A program made the translations under genes and the position numbers. This document shows positions 30,750-41,379 of a stretch of DNA of 64,000 bases, one piece after another. The stretch comes from Candidatus Bathyarchaeota archaeon (GTDB lineage Archaea; Thermoproteota; Bathyarchaeia; Bathyarchaeales; Bathycorpusculaceae), in the NCBI GenBank assembly GCA_963832745.1, contig CAWHVC010000005.1:128001-192000 (forward strand), read 5' to 3'. The notes under the pieces were generated by a model. It was not told the origin of the DNA and ran no database searches. It worked only from the letters and a program-made list of their open reading frames with translations. How positions within the stretch are numbered: the stretch's first letter is position 1; every line of letters begins with the position of its first letter.

Positions 30750-31544
30750 ATGGATAGATTGGGTAAAAGTCTCGCGTTATGTTTAGTTTTACTTTTGGCT
30801 GTTTCTGTTTTGTTTTCTGTTGTTGTGCCTGCTTCGGCGCAAACGGTGCCTCAGCCTTCTGTTCCGGAATTCACGTTGAAGTATGTTAGTTCTTCATATA
30901 CAGTTACAACTACTAACCCCTATACGGGAGTAACAGAAAAGGAACTAGTTAGCAATGACTCAATTGTAATTACAATAACTAACCAACCATTTCCTTATTC
31001 AGAATATCAACTATACTATAATGTTCGTACGAAACCTCATTTTGAAGGCGATTGGTATGAAATTTATCCCCTTGCAAATTTGACCAGTTCATATAAAGGC
31101 GGTTACGATTTTACCTATGCCCAGTACATATGGCGTGGTGTGCCACAATCTGACTCAAGTTATACCACTATAGCTTTTTTGGTTGAACCAACAAACCTAT
31201 ACCAAGGTTCTGGTTATGACGTTGATGGTATTTTTGGGTACCTTGGAATTCCTTATGGCAGTCAACTTGATTTTCAAGTAGAGGCTCAAGTTGGGCATCC
31301 TTTGGGCATTTGGGTTGGTGACCATCCTTTGTATCCTATGGCTGGTGGACACCTGGAGCCCGGTATCGCTTATGATTTGTCAAGCGGATGGAGTAACACA
31401 AAAACAACCTCGATAGGTGAATCCTCAGGTTCAGCGTTGCCTTCACCCTCAGTTCCAGAATTTCCAGCAATGATAATCTTGCCCTTGTTTATTGCAGTAC
31501 CCGTAATAACAGCGATAATTTACCGAAAAAAAACAGTTCACTAA
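30750..31544 (+). CDS. Exported surface protein with PEF-CTERM-type sorting signal
   Basis: Signal peptide from MDRLG (30750); C-terminal VPEFP, TM helix and RKK. Confidence 0.85.
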   Translation: MDRLGKSLALCLVLLLAVSVLFSVVVPASAQTVPQPSVPEFTLKYVSSSYTVTTTNPYTGVTEKELVSNDSIVITITNQPFPYSEYQLYYNVRTKPHFEGDWYEIYPLANLTSSYKGGYDFTYAQYIWRGVPQSDSSYTTIAFLVEPTNLYQGSGYDVDGIFGYLGIPYGSQLDFQVEAQVGHPLGIWVGDHPLYPMAGGHLEPGIAYDLSSGWSNTKTTSIGESSGSALPSPSVPEFPAMIILPLFIAVPVITAIIYRKKTVH

Positions 31545-31580
31545 CATAAAATAAAAAATAGTTTGAGGCAGAAAAAGTGC

Positions 31581-32864
31581 CTATGGATAGAACCGACGGG
31601 TGGTTCTTGGAAACGGAATCGCATCAATAATGTTATCCAAATCCAGCATCCAAACAATAAGCCGTTCTACTCCCATGCCAAAGCCGACGTGTGGAACTGT
31701 GCCGTATCTGCGTAGGTCGAGGTACCATTCGTAGTCTTCTGGGTTTAAGCCTTGAGCCTTCATGCGGCTAATTAGGATGTCTTTGTTGTCTTCTCTTGCG
31801 CCGCCTGTGCTGATTTCGCCGATGCGCGGGACCATCATGTCTACGCTCATGGCGATTTCTGGGTGGTCTTTGTAGGTTTTGCAGTAGAAGGCTTTGATTT
31901 CTGTTGGGTAATCGTATACGAAGAATGGTTTGCCGAATTCGTCTGCGAGGACTTTTTCGTCTTCATAGCCAAGGTCGCTGCCCCAGTCAAGTGCGGGGTT
32001 TTTGGGTTTTAAGCGTTCGATGGCTTCTTTGTAGGTAATTCTTGGAAAAGGCACCTTGACCTCTTTCAGCTTGTTAATGTCTGCGCCAAGTTCAGCAAAT
32101 TCTTTCTCGCAACTGTTTCCGATGCTTTGGCAAATGTGCTCCATTAAGCCCTCCTCAAACTTCATAAGGTCAGTCATGTCCGCAAAAGGCCATTCACCCT
32201 CCATGTGCCAGTACTCCGTTAAGTGGCGGATTGTACGGCTTTTCTCAGCACGAAAACTCGGGGCGATACAGAACACTTTTTCAAGCCCAAACATCAAAAT
32301 TTCAAGATACAATTGGCTACTCTGAGTCAAGTAAAGTTGCTGATCAAAATATTTCAAGCCAAACAATGTAGAGCCACCTTCAACCGCTGCACTGATGAAC
32401 ATTGGCGGAGAAACTTCAGTGTAATCTTGCATTTTGAAGTATTCACGGGCAGCTTCGAAAACTTTGCTACGCACTCTCATAACAAGATTCATTTTTCGGC
32501 TACGTAGCCAAAGGTGACGCATGTCACGAATGAATTCTTCACTTTTATCTTTACCAATTGGAAAGATTTCAGCTAAACCGATTATCTGGATGTTTTCTAC
32601 GCTGATTTCGTATCCGCCGGGTGCACGGTCATCTTTTCGTGCAGTGCCTTCAAGGGACAAGCTGGATTCGATAGTTAATTGTTGTGCGGCGCTCCATGCG
32701 GGGCTGTCCTTTTTTACGGTACATTGGACAACACCGGTGGAGTCACGTAAAACTATGAATATGAGTGATTTTCCTTCTCGTTTACGGTAGACCCAGCCGC
32801 GGATTTCTGTTTTTTGGTCTGGGCAGCAGCCGTCTAAGACTTCGCGTATCTTCTTAAGAGCCAT
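31581..32864 (-). CDS. asnS: Asparagine--tRNA ligase
   Basis: OB-fold, YLTQSSQLYLE, FRAEKSRT.RHLTEYW, RRYGTVPH.GFGMGVER. Confidence 0.95.
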   Translation of the reverse strand: MALKKIREVLDGCCPDQKTEIRGWVYRKREGKSLIFIVLRDSTGVVQCTVKKDSPAWSAAQQLTIESSLSLEGTARKDDRAPGGYEISVENIQIIGLAEIFPIGKDKSEEFIRDMRHLWLRSRKMNLVMRVRSKVFEAAREYFKMQDYTEVSPPMFISAAVEGGSTLFGLKYFDQQLYLTQSSQLYLEILMFGLEKVFCIAPSFRAEKSRTIRHLTEYWHMEGEWPFADMTDLMKFEEGLMEHICQSIGNSCEKEFAELGADINKLKEVKVPFPRITYKEAIERLKPKNPALDWGSDLGYEDEKVLADEFGKPFFVYDYPTEIKAFYCKTYKDHPEIAMSVDMMVPRIGEISTGGAREDNKDILISRMKAQGLNPEDYEWYLDLRRYGTVPHVGFGMGVERLIVWMLDLDNIIDAIPFPRTTRRFYP

Positions 32865-32987
32865 GGTAATCAACCGTTTCCTCTAATTTATTGACATGTA
32901 TCCTAAATGCCTATCGCACAACGGATAATTTAAAACTGACTGAAAAACACAAAAAAAAGAAAAAGGAAGAGTTTAAAGTTTAATTTT

Positions 32988-35582
32988 TTATGGGCGTTTT
33001 CTAAGCAGCAACGCGGTTGCTATTACAACAACGATTATTACGGCTAAACCAGTTCCAAGCGTGTACAATTCGTATGGTGGATTAGCTACTTGTGAAGGCG
33101 TCACGGTTCCTGTCGACTGCGGAGCTGCACCTACTGCAATATCTGTGGCTGCCGATGAACTGCCATAAGAGTCGTCAGCGGCAAAACTGGCAATGATTGT
33201 CCATGTTCCCTCCTTGTCAGGAGTCCAAGCGTAACTAAAAGTACCATAATACCCGTTGGTCGTAACGGTGCCTATTGTTTGCGCGTTGCCATTAGGATCA
33301 ATAGCTGTCAAAGTAACAGGTACACCCGCAATTGTTTCAGTGCCTGTAATACCGTTTTGAGGCTGCTGTCTATGCAAATAATTCATCTGTGTACCCATCG
33401 AGTCTTTGCTAACACACGGAGTTCCCTGCTGAGCCGGTGATTGGTCAAGAACCGTACCCTCGATCAAAATTTGGCTGCCACTGGATGGCGTCTTTGACGA
33501 TGCAGTAACAGTTGTCGCTGATAAACCCCGTCCAATGATGTATTGATAGCCGTCTGCGCCGCCAACTGAAAGATACCCGTCCGAAACTGCCAAATCTGCC
33601 CCAGTGAACCATGAGGAGCCTGGAATCATGACATCCCAGACTTTTGAACCGTCAGTGATGTTGATGGCATAAAGCTTCCAGCCTCTAGTGTATGGCGTGT
33701 TTGGCGTGTGCTCAGAGTTGTAAACAAACATTTTGCCGTCTGCAATGATTGCGGGCGCGTCAAATGGGTAGACTGTGGTACCGTTTTCAGTGGTGTAGCT
33801 GCCTTCATAGGGGAATGCTGCGGGAGACTCAAACTTCCAAACGATTTTTCCTGTACCCCAATCGAAAGCGTAGACGCCACTGTAGGCTTCTCTAAATAGC
33901 ATACCATAGGCTGATTGTACACCGTAAGTGCCGAATCCTGAGGAGTCCCAGGGATAATCCATTTTTTGTCCAGTCCAAGCCAAGTTTCCTGTAGCCAAAT
34001 CCAAAGCAACATAGTAACCGTTAGCTGAAAGAACCGCTATTTTACCGTGGTCGGCAATGTTTGAGCTTCCGCTGTACTGTGGTTCATCAATTGTCTTGTT
34101 GAATGTGACTGACCCAGTTAACAGGTTATAGCCGATTACTCGCATTTTCGTGTATGAACCTGTGCCGTCCGATACGTCAGAAATTGCTGCGCCATAACCA
34201 GTGGAGTAATCAATTACGCTTGGCAGAGAACTCATTGCATAAGATGTGTTAGATACGATTCTTGAAGCTAAGTTGCCTGTTCCAAGTGTTGTCCAGTTAA
34301 TTAGTCGGTACCTGTTAGCACCAGCGCTGACGCCTAAGTCTTGCACTGTTAAGCAGTAACCGTTCATGTAATAGGTGCCAGTTGTTAATGGCGAAATTGA
34401 AATGTTGCTTGACATTACACCGTTTAGGGGATTGTACTTTCTTAGATAACCACCGCTTATAGAAAGCAAAGTTGGTTGACCTGGGGTGATATCTGCACCG
34501 ACGACACCTGAACCAGAATAGGAAACTGTGCCGTATTCAATCAGGTTCGGAGCTGACTCACCTGCATATAAAGGTCGTTCCCAGAAAACTTCGCCAGTTC
34601 TGATGTCATAACATTGCCAGTATGTTTGGGCTGCTGCTGATGTTTCGCTGACACGTGAAATTGTTTGGTAGCCTCTGCCGAACAGGATGATGCTGGGTTT
34701 TCCGCCATAACCGCTTAGTTCGTAACCTAATGAGCCTATGCCTGCGTCGCCGCCTACTATGCCTTCAAAGGATAGCATACGTTTCCAGACTACGTGTGCA
34801 CTGTTTGGTCCTTGTACCCAGGGGGTGAATTGTGACCTTGGATTGTAAACTGATGTTGTGTCGGGGTAATACATTTGCCATGCTTCTTCGGGTATACCGC
34901 TTGGTCCAAACCATGGGTAATTGCCAAGGATAGACCACCATTCACGGTTTTCAAAGGCCACTGGTCTTGTCCAGTAATCGGTGGGCAACGGGATTGCAGG
35001 CCATGAAGCAACCATGTCGTTTTGCACTGTTAATGTTTGATTATGTGTTGTGTCTGGTTTGTAGTATACTGCTTGGTAGTTTGAGGGTGCAGACATGCCT
35101 GTTGCAGATTGGTCAGTAAAGTTGGGGTCTACAATGTTACCTCGGAAGTATCTCCCTGCAGGGAAGTATGTTCCAGGGAATTCAAATTGAAGTGTCCATG
35201 TACCGTTTACGTCTGGGGTGAATTCGAACCATTGTGTACCGTCAGCTACAAAGGAGGGCTTTTCTATGGTGATTACTGAACCGTTGGGCGGCGTTATTCT
35301 TATAATGTATTCTGGATGGTTTCTGTTTGCGCCGGGAGCTGGGCTGGTCCAATAGTTTACCAGCACACTTTGTCCGACACCCACAGGGTTTGGTCTAAAA
35401 CTTAGGTGAGCTGAAACAGTGGTTTCGTTTACTGAGACGCCTTCGGCTAAGGGACCTGCAGTGGGTACTGTCGGGGCAGCAGCGTTGGCGGGAGCATTTG
35501 TTAGTAGCGCAACTGATGCAATTAACAGAACAATCACAAAAATTGTTGACATTTTCGAATTATTTTGTTTTGAAATTTTCAA
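32988..35582 (-). CDS. Surface protein with PQQ-like beta-propeller repeats, paralog 1
   Basis: Signal peptide, repeated xxDxxTGxxxW units, Ig-like flanks, C-terminal TM helix and RKRP. Confidence 0.88.
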   Translation of the reverse strand: MKISKQNNSKMSTIFVIVLLIASVALLTNAPANAAAPTVPTAGPLAEGVSVNETTVSAHLSFRPNPVGVGQSVLVNYWTSPAPGANRNHPEYIIRITPPNGSVITIEKPSFVADGTQWFEFTPDVNGTWTLQFEFPGTYFPAGRYFRGNIVDPNFTDQSATGMSAPSNYQAVYYKPDTTHNQTLTVQNDMVASWPAIPLPTDYWTRPVAFENREWWSILGNYPWFGPSGIPEEAWQMYYPDTTSVYNPRSQFTPWVQGPNSAHVVWKRMLSFEGIVGGDAGIGSLGYELSGYGGKPSIILFGRGYQTISRVSETSAAAQTYWQCYDIRTGEVFWERPLYAGESAPNLIEYGTVSYSGSGVVGADITPGQPTLLSISGGYLRKYNPLNGVMSSNISISPLTTGTYYMNGYCLTVQDLGVSAGANRYRLINWTTLGTGNLASRIVSNTSYAMSSLPSVIDYSTGYGAAISDVSDGTGSYTKMRVIGYNLLTGSVTFNKTIDEPQYSGSSNIADHGKIAVLSANGYYVALDLATGNLAWTGQKMDYPWDSSGFGTYGVQSAYGMLFREAYSGVYAFDWGTGKIVWKFESPAAFPYEGSYTTENGTTVYPFDAPAIIADGKMFVYNSEHTPNTPYTRGWKLYAINITDGSKVWDVMIPGSSWFTGADLAVSDGYLSVGGADGYQYIIGRGLSATTVTASSKTPSSGSQILIEGTVLDQSPAQQGTPCVSKDSMGTQMNYLHRQQPQNGITGTETIAGVPVTLTAIDPNGNAQTIGTVTTNGYYGTFSYAWTPDKEGTWTIIASFAADDSYGSSSAATDIAVGAAPQSTGTVTPSQVANPPYELYTLGTGLAVIIVVVIATALLLRKRP

Positions 35583-35795
35583 TTTTTTACCTCTTAAAGT
35601 TTATAAAATAGTCGTTACCAAGCATCAACTATATAAAATCTTGTTGTAATAGCCCACTACAACCCATATTTGGTAAGAAAAGCGTTTAAAATAAATAAAA
35701 AATTTTGATTTATCCAGTAAATAAATCAAAAATTAAACTGTTAACTTAAACGACTAAAAAAATAAAAAAAGAAAAGGATTTTAGATGTTTATTTT

Positions 35796-38354
35796 TTATG
35801 GGCGTTTTCTTAGGGTAAGCAATCCGACTGCAATTATGGCGATTATGATGGCAATTGTTGAGATAGCTGTGTATGTTTCAATTGGAGGCATAACGACACT
35901 AGATGTTTGTGTTGTTGGTTCTGTTGTTGCATCAACAACGCTCACGTATGTTTGTGACCAACTACTGCCATAGGATGCATCGCCTGCAAAAGTTGCCATG
36001 ATTGTATATTGACCTGCCATTGGTGGTTCCCAAGAGTAGCCATATGTACCGCTCATGTCGCTTGTTACATCTGCAACGTGCACATAGTTACCGTTCGGGT
36101 CAACAGCGTCAATTGATACAGGAACACCGATTACGTCAGCGGGGATTGGCTGCTGCATGTGCAAATAATCCATCCATGCGCTCATGCTTTGCGGAGAAAT
36201 GCATGGGGTTCCTTCTTGGGCTGGTGACATGTCGAGAACGGTTCCTTGGATTATGACTTTGTCGCCTGTTGAAACTTGGCTCATCGGTGCCTCGATGGTT
36301 GTTTGGCTTTGTCCTTTGCCGATGCCGTAGGTGTAACCGTCAAATGGGTTACCCGCGATTAAGTAACCGTCTGCTATTGCTGCTGGAGGCATAGACCCAG
36401 TTAGGTTCCAGATACCTTCACCAGTGGTTACGTTGATGCAATGTAAGCCCCACCCTCTTGTTACTGGCCAGCTTTCAGTGTGCTCGTAAGTGTAGGTGTA
36501 GAATTTGCCGTCTGCAATCCATCCGCCTACACCGAAGGAGTAGAACGGATAAACTGTGGTGCCGTTTTCGCCTGTGTATGGTGTTTCGAACGGGTTGGCA
36601 GGTGCTTCGTACTTCCAGACTTGTTTGCCTGTATCCCAGTCGAAAGCGTAGATGCCGTCTTGTGCTTCCCTAATTATCATGCCGTAAGCTGATAATGCAG
36701 TGTAAGCTCCGAAGCCTGAGGATGACCAGGGGTAATCCATTTTATCGCTTGTCCAGAGTTGTTCGCCGGTTCTTAAATCGAAGCAGACGTAGTAGCCGTT
36801 GGCTGAGAGCGTGGCTAGTTTGCCGTGGTCAACAAGGTCACATAGCATGCTGTACATTGGTTCGCTGATGTTTTTGGTCCATAACTGTTGTCCAGTTATT
36901 AGGTCATAACCGCGTAGTGTTTCGCCCACGTATGCATCAGCAACTGAAATGCCGCTAACGCTTCCGCCTAAACCTGTGGTATAATCAATTAGGCTTGGCA
37001 AAGCACTCATTGCGTAGGTTGTGTTGCTCTTTATTCTGCTTGCAAAGCTGGTTGATGTTCCTCGTGTTGTCCAGTTGATAAGACGGTATTCAGTTACGCC
37101 GTCGTGTCTTAGTGTTTGTACGCTATAGACTAATGGGTCTGTGTCTCGGGTGTAAGAATTCTGGTAGTATGTTCCTGATGAAACATTGTCGCTTGCTGGT
37201 GCTAAGCTAACGTTGCAGTTCATTACACCTGTCCATGGGTCCCACTTGTAAAGCCGGTTTGCGTCAAAGTAAATCAAGCTAACTGTCCATGCGCCTGCTG
37301 CTTCTGCACCTGCAACTTCTGATTGTGTAGGGCTGGCATATTCAATTATGTTGGGCACTAATGATGTTGTCGTTAGGAAGAAACCGTACCTTAATGTAGT
37401 TGTTGTTTGTACGGGTTTTTCCCAGAAGACTTCTCCGGTTCGAAGATCATAGCAGCGCCAGTATGTTTGGTCAGTTCCCGGTTTAGCGTAGGAGTCATAT
37501 GCTCTTCCTGCATAAACGATTGATGGCGTTGGTGGCGAGTTAGAGTAGCCATATTGTCCTGTTTGTCCACCGATTATTCCTGCTATTGAGCCTTGTCGTT
37601 TCCATACTATGTGTGCTGTTTCTGGTGCTTCAACCCACGGGATGAATTTGCCGCGTGCGTTGTATTGTGTGCTTGTGTCTGGATACATTTGGTCCCATAT
37701 TGGACCGCCGCCGACATAGCCTGTTGGTGGGAAGTTTCCAAGAATGGTCCACCATTCTCTGTTTTCTACGTGTGCTGGTCTTGTCCAATAATCCGTTGGA
37801 AGTGCTGACGACCAAGAAGCAATCATGTCTTCCTGGACGGTAACGTTCACTACTGGAGAACTTGATGGCTTATAGTATGCTGAAGCTACCGGCACTGGGC
37901 CAGATGTCATGAATCCACCGGTTAAGTTTGCTGCTGGGAAGAAGGTGCCTAGGAATTCAAATTGGAATTGGTATACACCGACTTGGTCTGGAATGTACTC
38001 AAAATATGCTGTTGCATCTGCAGGATAAGACGATTTTGTTACTGTTTCGGTTGTTCCATCTGGTTTTGTGATTGTTACAACGTAAGCTTGTTCATGGTGT
38101 CTGGCTGCGTGCATGGCTGGAGAAGTCCACAAGTTAACCAGAAGTGTTTGTCCTTTTCCTATCAGGTTTGGTCTGACGCTTAAGTGTGCGGATGTGTCAA
38201 GTTGAATGCTAGGGTTTGCTCCGTCAGGCAATGGCCCTGTTACTTGGGTTGTAACGTCTGCTTGTGCTGGCTGTCCAAGTATTACAACCATTGAAGCAAT
38301 CAATATTACGATAATTGCTGTTGCCGATTGTTTTGTTTTTGTTAATTTTTTCAT
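35796..38354 (-). CDS. Surface protein with PQQ-like beta-propeller repeats, paralog 2
   Basis: Same architecture; shared LPTDYWTRP and DHGK motifs. Confidence 0.88.
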   Translation of the reverse strand: MKKLTKTKQSATAIIVILIASMVVILGQPAQADVTTQVTGPLPDGANPSIQLDTSAHLSVRPNLIGKGQTLLVNLWTSPAMHAARHHEQAYVVTITKPDGTTETVTKSSYPADATAYFEYIPDQVGVYQFQFEFLGTFFPAANLTGGFMTSGPVPVASAYYKPSSSPVVNVTVQEDMIASWSSALPTDYWTRPAHVENREWWTILGNFPPTGYVGGGPIWDQMYPDTSTQYNARGKFIPWVEAPETAHIVWKRQGSIAGIIGGQTGQYGYSNSPPTPSIVYAGRAYDSYAKPGTDQTYWRCYDLRTGEVFWEKPVQTTTTLRYGFFLTTTSLVPNIIEYASPTQSEVAGAEAAGAWTVSLIYFDANRLYKWDPWTGVMNCNVSLAPASDNVSSGTYYQNSYTRDTDPLVYSVQTLRHDGVTEYRLINWTTRGTSTSFASRIKSNTTYAMSALPSLIDYTTGLGGSVSGISVADAYVGETLRGYDLITGQQLWTKNISEPMYSMLCDLVDHGKLATLSANGYYVCFDLRTGEQLWTSDKMDYPWSSSGFGAYTALSAYGMIIREAQDGIYAFDWDTGKQVWKYEAPANPFETPYTGENGTTVYPFYSFGVGGWIADGKFYTYTYEHTESWPVTRGWGLHCINVTTGEGIWNLTGSMPPAAIADGYLIAGNPFDGYTYGIGKGQSQTTIEAPMSQVSTGDKVIIQGTVLDMSPAQEGTPCISPQSMSAWMDYLHMQQPIPADVIGVPVSIDAVDPNGNYVHVADVTSDMSGTYGYSWEPPMAGQYTIMATFAGDASYGSSWSQTYVSVVDATTEPTTQTSSVVMPPIETYTAISTIAIIIAIIAVGLLTLRKRP

Positions 38355-38760
38355 ATTTTCTCTCCTTAATGATTTACTTCATTCGTTTTTTCAAACACTT
38401 AAGATTTGGTAAGTTAAAGCATAACTTACAACAATTCTAAATCAATATAAGGTAAAATTTTAAAAAAATAAAGTAAAATTAGTATAAAAAAAACAGTCCT
38501 AAAAAAAAGAAACACAAAAAATAATTTGAAAAAATTAAACTTTAAAACACAAAAAATTCAAAACATATTTTTTAAAAAATGTTGCCGGATGTAAAATCAC
38601 ATGTGCGCTAACAAAAAGACATCAACCAAAAATACATTGGCAATAAGAAGCATATCCAAATATCAGATAACTTAAAATCATCATAACAACGCTCAGGCAT
38701 ATTCATTGAGAAAAAATTAAAACTGAATGTCAAAAACAAAAAAAGAAAAAAAGGATTTAT

Positions 38761-41379
38761 TTAGGCTTTTTTCCGCATTAAAAGCAAGCCAACAGCTGCT
38801 ACTGCAATAATTACAGCGATGCCTGTTCCAACAGTGTAAAGTTCGTATGGCGGATTTGTACTTTCTGTGTTTGTTGACGGTTCAGGTGTTGTTGGTGTAT
38901 CTACTATTGTGGCGTAGGTTTGAGCGTATGAACTGCCGTAGGAGTCACTGCCCATGAAGGTTGCTGTGATAATGTATTGACCTGCATTTGACGGAGTCCA
39001 TTCAAAACCGTATGTTCCGCTCATGTCGCTGGTTGCATCGCCAAGATGCACATAGTTTCCGTTGGGGTCAGTAGCGTCAATAGAAACTGGAACTCCGGTT
39101 ACGTTGGCGGGTATAGATAATCCTTTGTGAATGTGCGCCATCCATTCGCCCATTGATTCGTCAGAGACACAGGCAGTTCCTGGTTGACCGGGTGATTGGT
39201 CAAGAACAGTGCCTGTAATCATTGCTTTTTGGCCCACAATTATTTGGGTCATTGGTGCCACTACGGTTGTTTCGCTTAAGCCTTTACCGAAAGCGTATGT
39301 GTAGCCGTCACTGCTCATTTCAAAGAGGTACCCGTCAGCAATTGGACCGATACTGGTTGTATGTTTAGACATTGCACCTGTAATCATAGTACTCCAGATT
39401 TCTTCGCCTGAAGTTGCGTTAATGCAGAAAGTCTTCCAACCTCTAGTAATGGGCACTGTAGCTGAGTGTTCAACTGTGTAGGTGTATAGTTTTCCGTCTG
39501 CGATTCTTGCGCCGATGTTCCATGAGTAAACGGTTGTTCCGTTTTCGTCAATGTAGGGCGTTTCATAGGGGTTTTCTGCGGGTGCTTCAAATTTCCACGC
39601 GATTGTTCCGTCTTCCCAGTTAAAAGCGTAAATGCCACTGTATGCTTGTCTGTAGAGTAAGCCATATGCTGTTTGTACATCATAAGCTCCGAAACCGGCG
39701 TCGTCCCATGGATAATCAAATCTTTCGCTCTTCCATACTTCAGCGCCAGTTCTACTGTTTAATGCCAAGAAGTAGCCTTGTTCGGTCAGAATTGCAAATT
39801 TACCGTGGTCAGCAACAATGCAGCTTGCACTGTATGCTGTTTCGCCTTCTCGTGTTACGTTCCAGAGGATTGCCCCCGTAGTTATGTCTATGCCATATGC
39901 GTTCATTGCTACGTAGATGCCGCCTCTAGAAATTGTTGCTGCTGTCGCGGCTACACCTGCTTCAAAGTCAATGCATGTTGGAATGTTGCTTATTGGCCAA
40001 CTTATGTTACTGGCGATTCTTGTGCCAGTGCTTGTTGTCAAGGTTGCTAATGTGCCAAGTGTTGTCCAGTTAATTAACCGGTATCTGCCTGCACCTGCGG
40101 CTGCACCTAAGTCTTGTACACTTAGGCAGTAACCATTCTTGTAGTAAGTACCTGTAGTTAAAGGCGCAATTGAATAGTTACCGTAAATTCCACCAGTTAT
40201 TGGATCAAATTTGATGAGTCGCGAGTTACCTATGTAATCTAAGTATACACCTGTGATGTGTGTTGGGTCACCGCCGCCGCCTGGGCTTTGTCCGATAGCG
40301 TATTCGATCACGTTTGGTTCCATTGGACCGATAGATGTGCCAAACATTGTAGTCACTGATGTTGTAGGTAGCTGAGTTTCCCAATAGACTTCTCCGGTAC
40401 GTACATCATAGCATGACCAAACATATTGGGTTACACCGTTAAGCGGTTTGGTTAAAACTTCATATGCTCTCCCTGCGACCACTACACTTGGGAAACCGTA
40501 TGAACTGATTGAGTCGGAGCCTAAACCGTTTCCTTGGAATATTTGAGTGTTTGCTTCATATCCATAGTCTCCGCCGATTAATCCGCCGAGGGCTGTTAGT
40601 CTTTTCCATGCTACGTGTGCACTGTTAGGTCCTTCAACCCATGGAATAAAGGTGTCTAAGCGACCTTTAAGCATCCATTGTGAGTTAGTGTTTGGATATA
40701 ATGCATCCCATGTCGGTCCGCCTGTTTGTCCACGCCATGGATAATTGCCAAGGATGGGCCACCATTCACGGTGTTCATATGCAACTGGACGTGTCCAATA
40801 ATCAGTTGGTAATGGGTCTTCAATCCACGAATAAACTGGGTCTTCTTGCACGGTTAATGTTTGTTCTGGTGTAGAGCTTGGCTGCATATATACTGAGTCA
40901 GCGTATACTGTACCTCCGGTGGTTGCAGTTATGACTTCGCCATTAAGGTATCGTCCTGCAGGCATGTATGTTCCGGGGAATTCCATTTTGAGCTTCCATT
41001 CTCCAACTTGATCAACTGTGTATTCTACGTAAGCGGTTCCATCAGCAGGGTACGAATTTTTCTTGATTGTTTCTGTGGTTCCGTCGGGTTTCGTTATGGT
41101 CAATGTTAGATCAAGGAACATTCTGTTTGCGCCGGGGGCTGGTGCTACCCAGAAGTTAATCAGAATTTGTTGATTAACCCCTACTGGATTAGGTCTAAAG
41201 CTTAAGGCAGCATACGATTTTGCGGTATAATTAGCTGTTACGCCACTAGGCATTGAGCCACTAAAAGGTTGTGAAGTATCAACTGCGTTTGCATTGTTTG
41301 GTGTTGAAATTAAAAGAATTGAGGCAAATAGAAGAATTGCAACAAAGGTTGTGGTTATTTTCTGGTTTAATATTTTCAT
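38761..41379 (-). CDS. Surface protein with PQQ-like beta-propeller repeats, paralog 3
   Basis: Same architecture; NPPYELYT anchor shared with paralog 1. Confidence 0.88.
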   Translation of the reverse strand: MKILNQKITTTFVAILLFASILLISTPNNANAVDTSQPFSGSMPSGVTANYTAKSYAALSFRPNPVGVNQQILINFWVAPAPGANRMFLDLTLTITKPDGTTETIKKNSYPADGTAYVEYTVDQVGEWKLKMEFPGTYMPAGRYLNGEVITATTGGTVYADSVYMQPSSTPEQTLTVQEDPVYSWIEDPLPTDYWTRPVAYEHREWWPILGNYPWRGQTGGPTWDALYPNTNSQWMLKGRLDTFIPWVEGPNSAHVAWKRLTALGGLIGGDYGYEANTQIFQGNGLGSDSISSYGFPSVVVAGRAYEVLTKPLNGVTQYVWSCYDVRTGEVYWETQLPTTSVTTMFGTSIGPMEPNVIEYAIGQSPGGGGDPTHITGVYLDYIGNSRLIKFDPITGGIYGNYSIAPLTTGTYYKNGYCLSVQDLGAAAGAGRYRLINWTTLGTLATLTTSTGTRIASNISWPISNIPTCIDFEAGVAATAATISRGGIYVAMNAYGIDITTGAILWNVTREGETAYSASCIVADHGKFAILTEQGYFLALNSRTGAEVWKSERFDYPWDDAGFGAYDVQTAYGLLYRQAYSGIYAFNWEDGTIAWKFEAPAENPYETPYIDENGTTVYSWNIGARIADGKLYTYTVEHSATVPITRGWKTFCINATSGEEIWSTMITGAMSKHTTSIGPIADGYLFEMSSDGYTYAFGKGLSETTVVAPMTQIIVGQKAMITGTVLDQSPGQPGTACVSDESMGEWMAHIHKGLSIPANVTGVPVSIDATDPNGNYVHLGDATSDMSGTYGFEWTPSNAGQYIITATFMGSDSYGSSYAQTYATIVDTPTTPEPSTNTESTNPPYELYTVGTGIAVIIAVAAVGLLLMRKKA

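Noticed and set aside
38663-38706. Second C/D-like motif set on the minus strand (CTGA...ATGATGA-N11-CTGA)
   Set aside because: No terminal stem, a 3-nt first guide and very AT-rich context; compatible with chance.
32988-41379. Diversity-generating retroelement acting on the surface-protein paralogs
   Set aside because: No reverse transcriptase in the window and no near-identical TR/VR pair with adenine-specific mismatches was seen.
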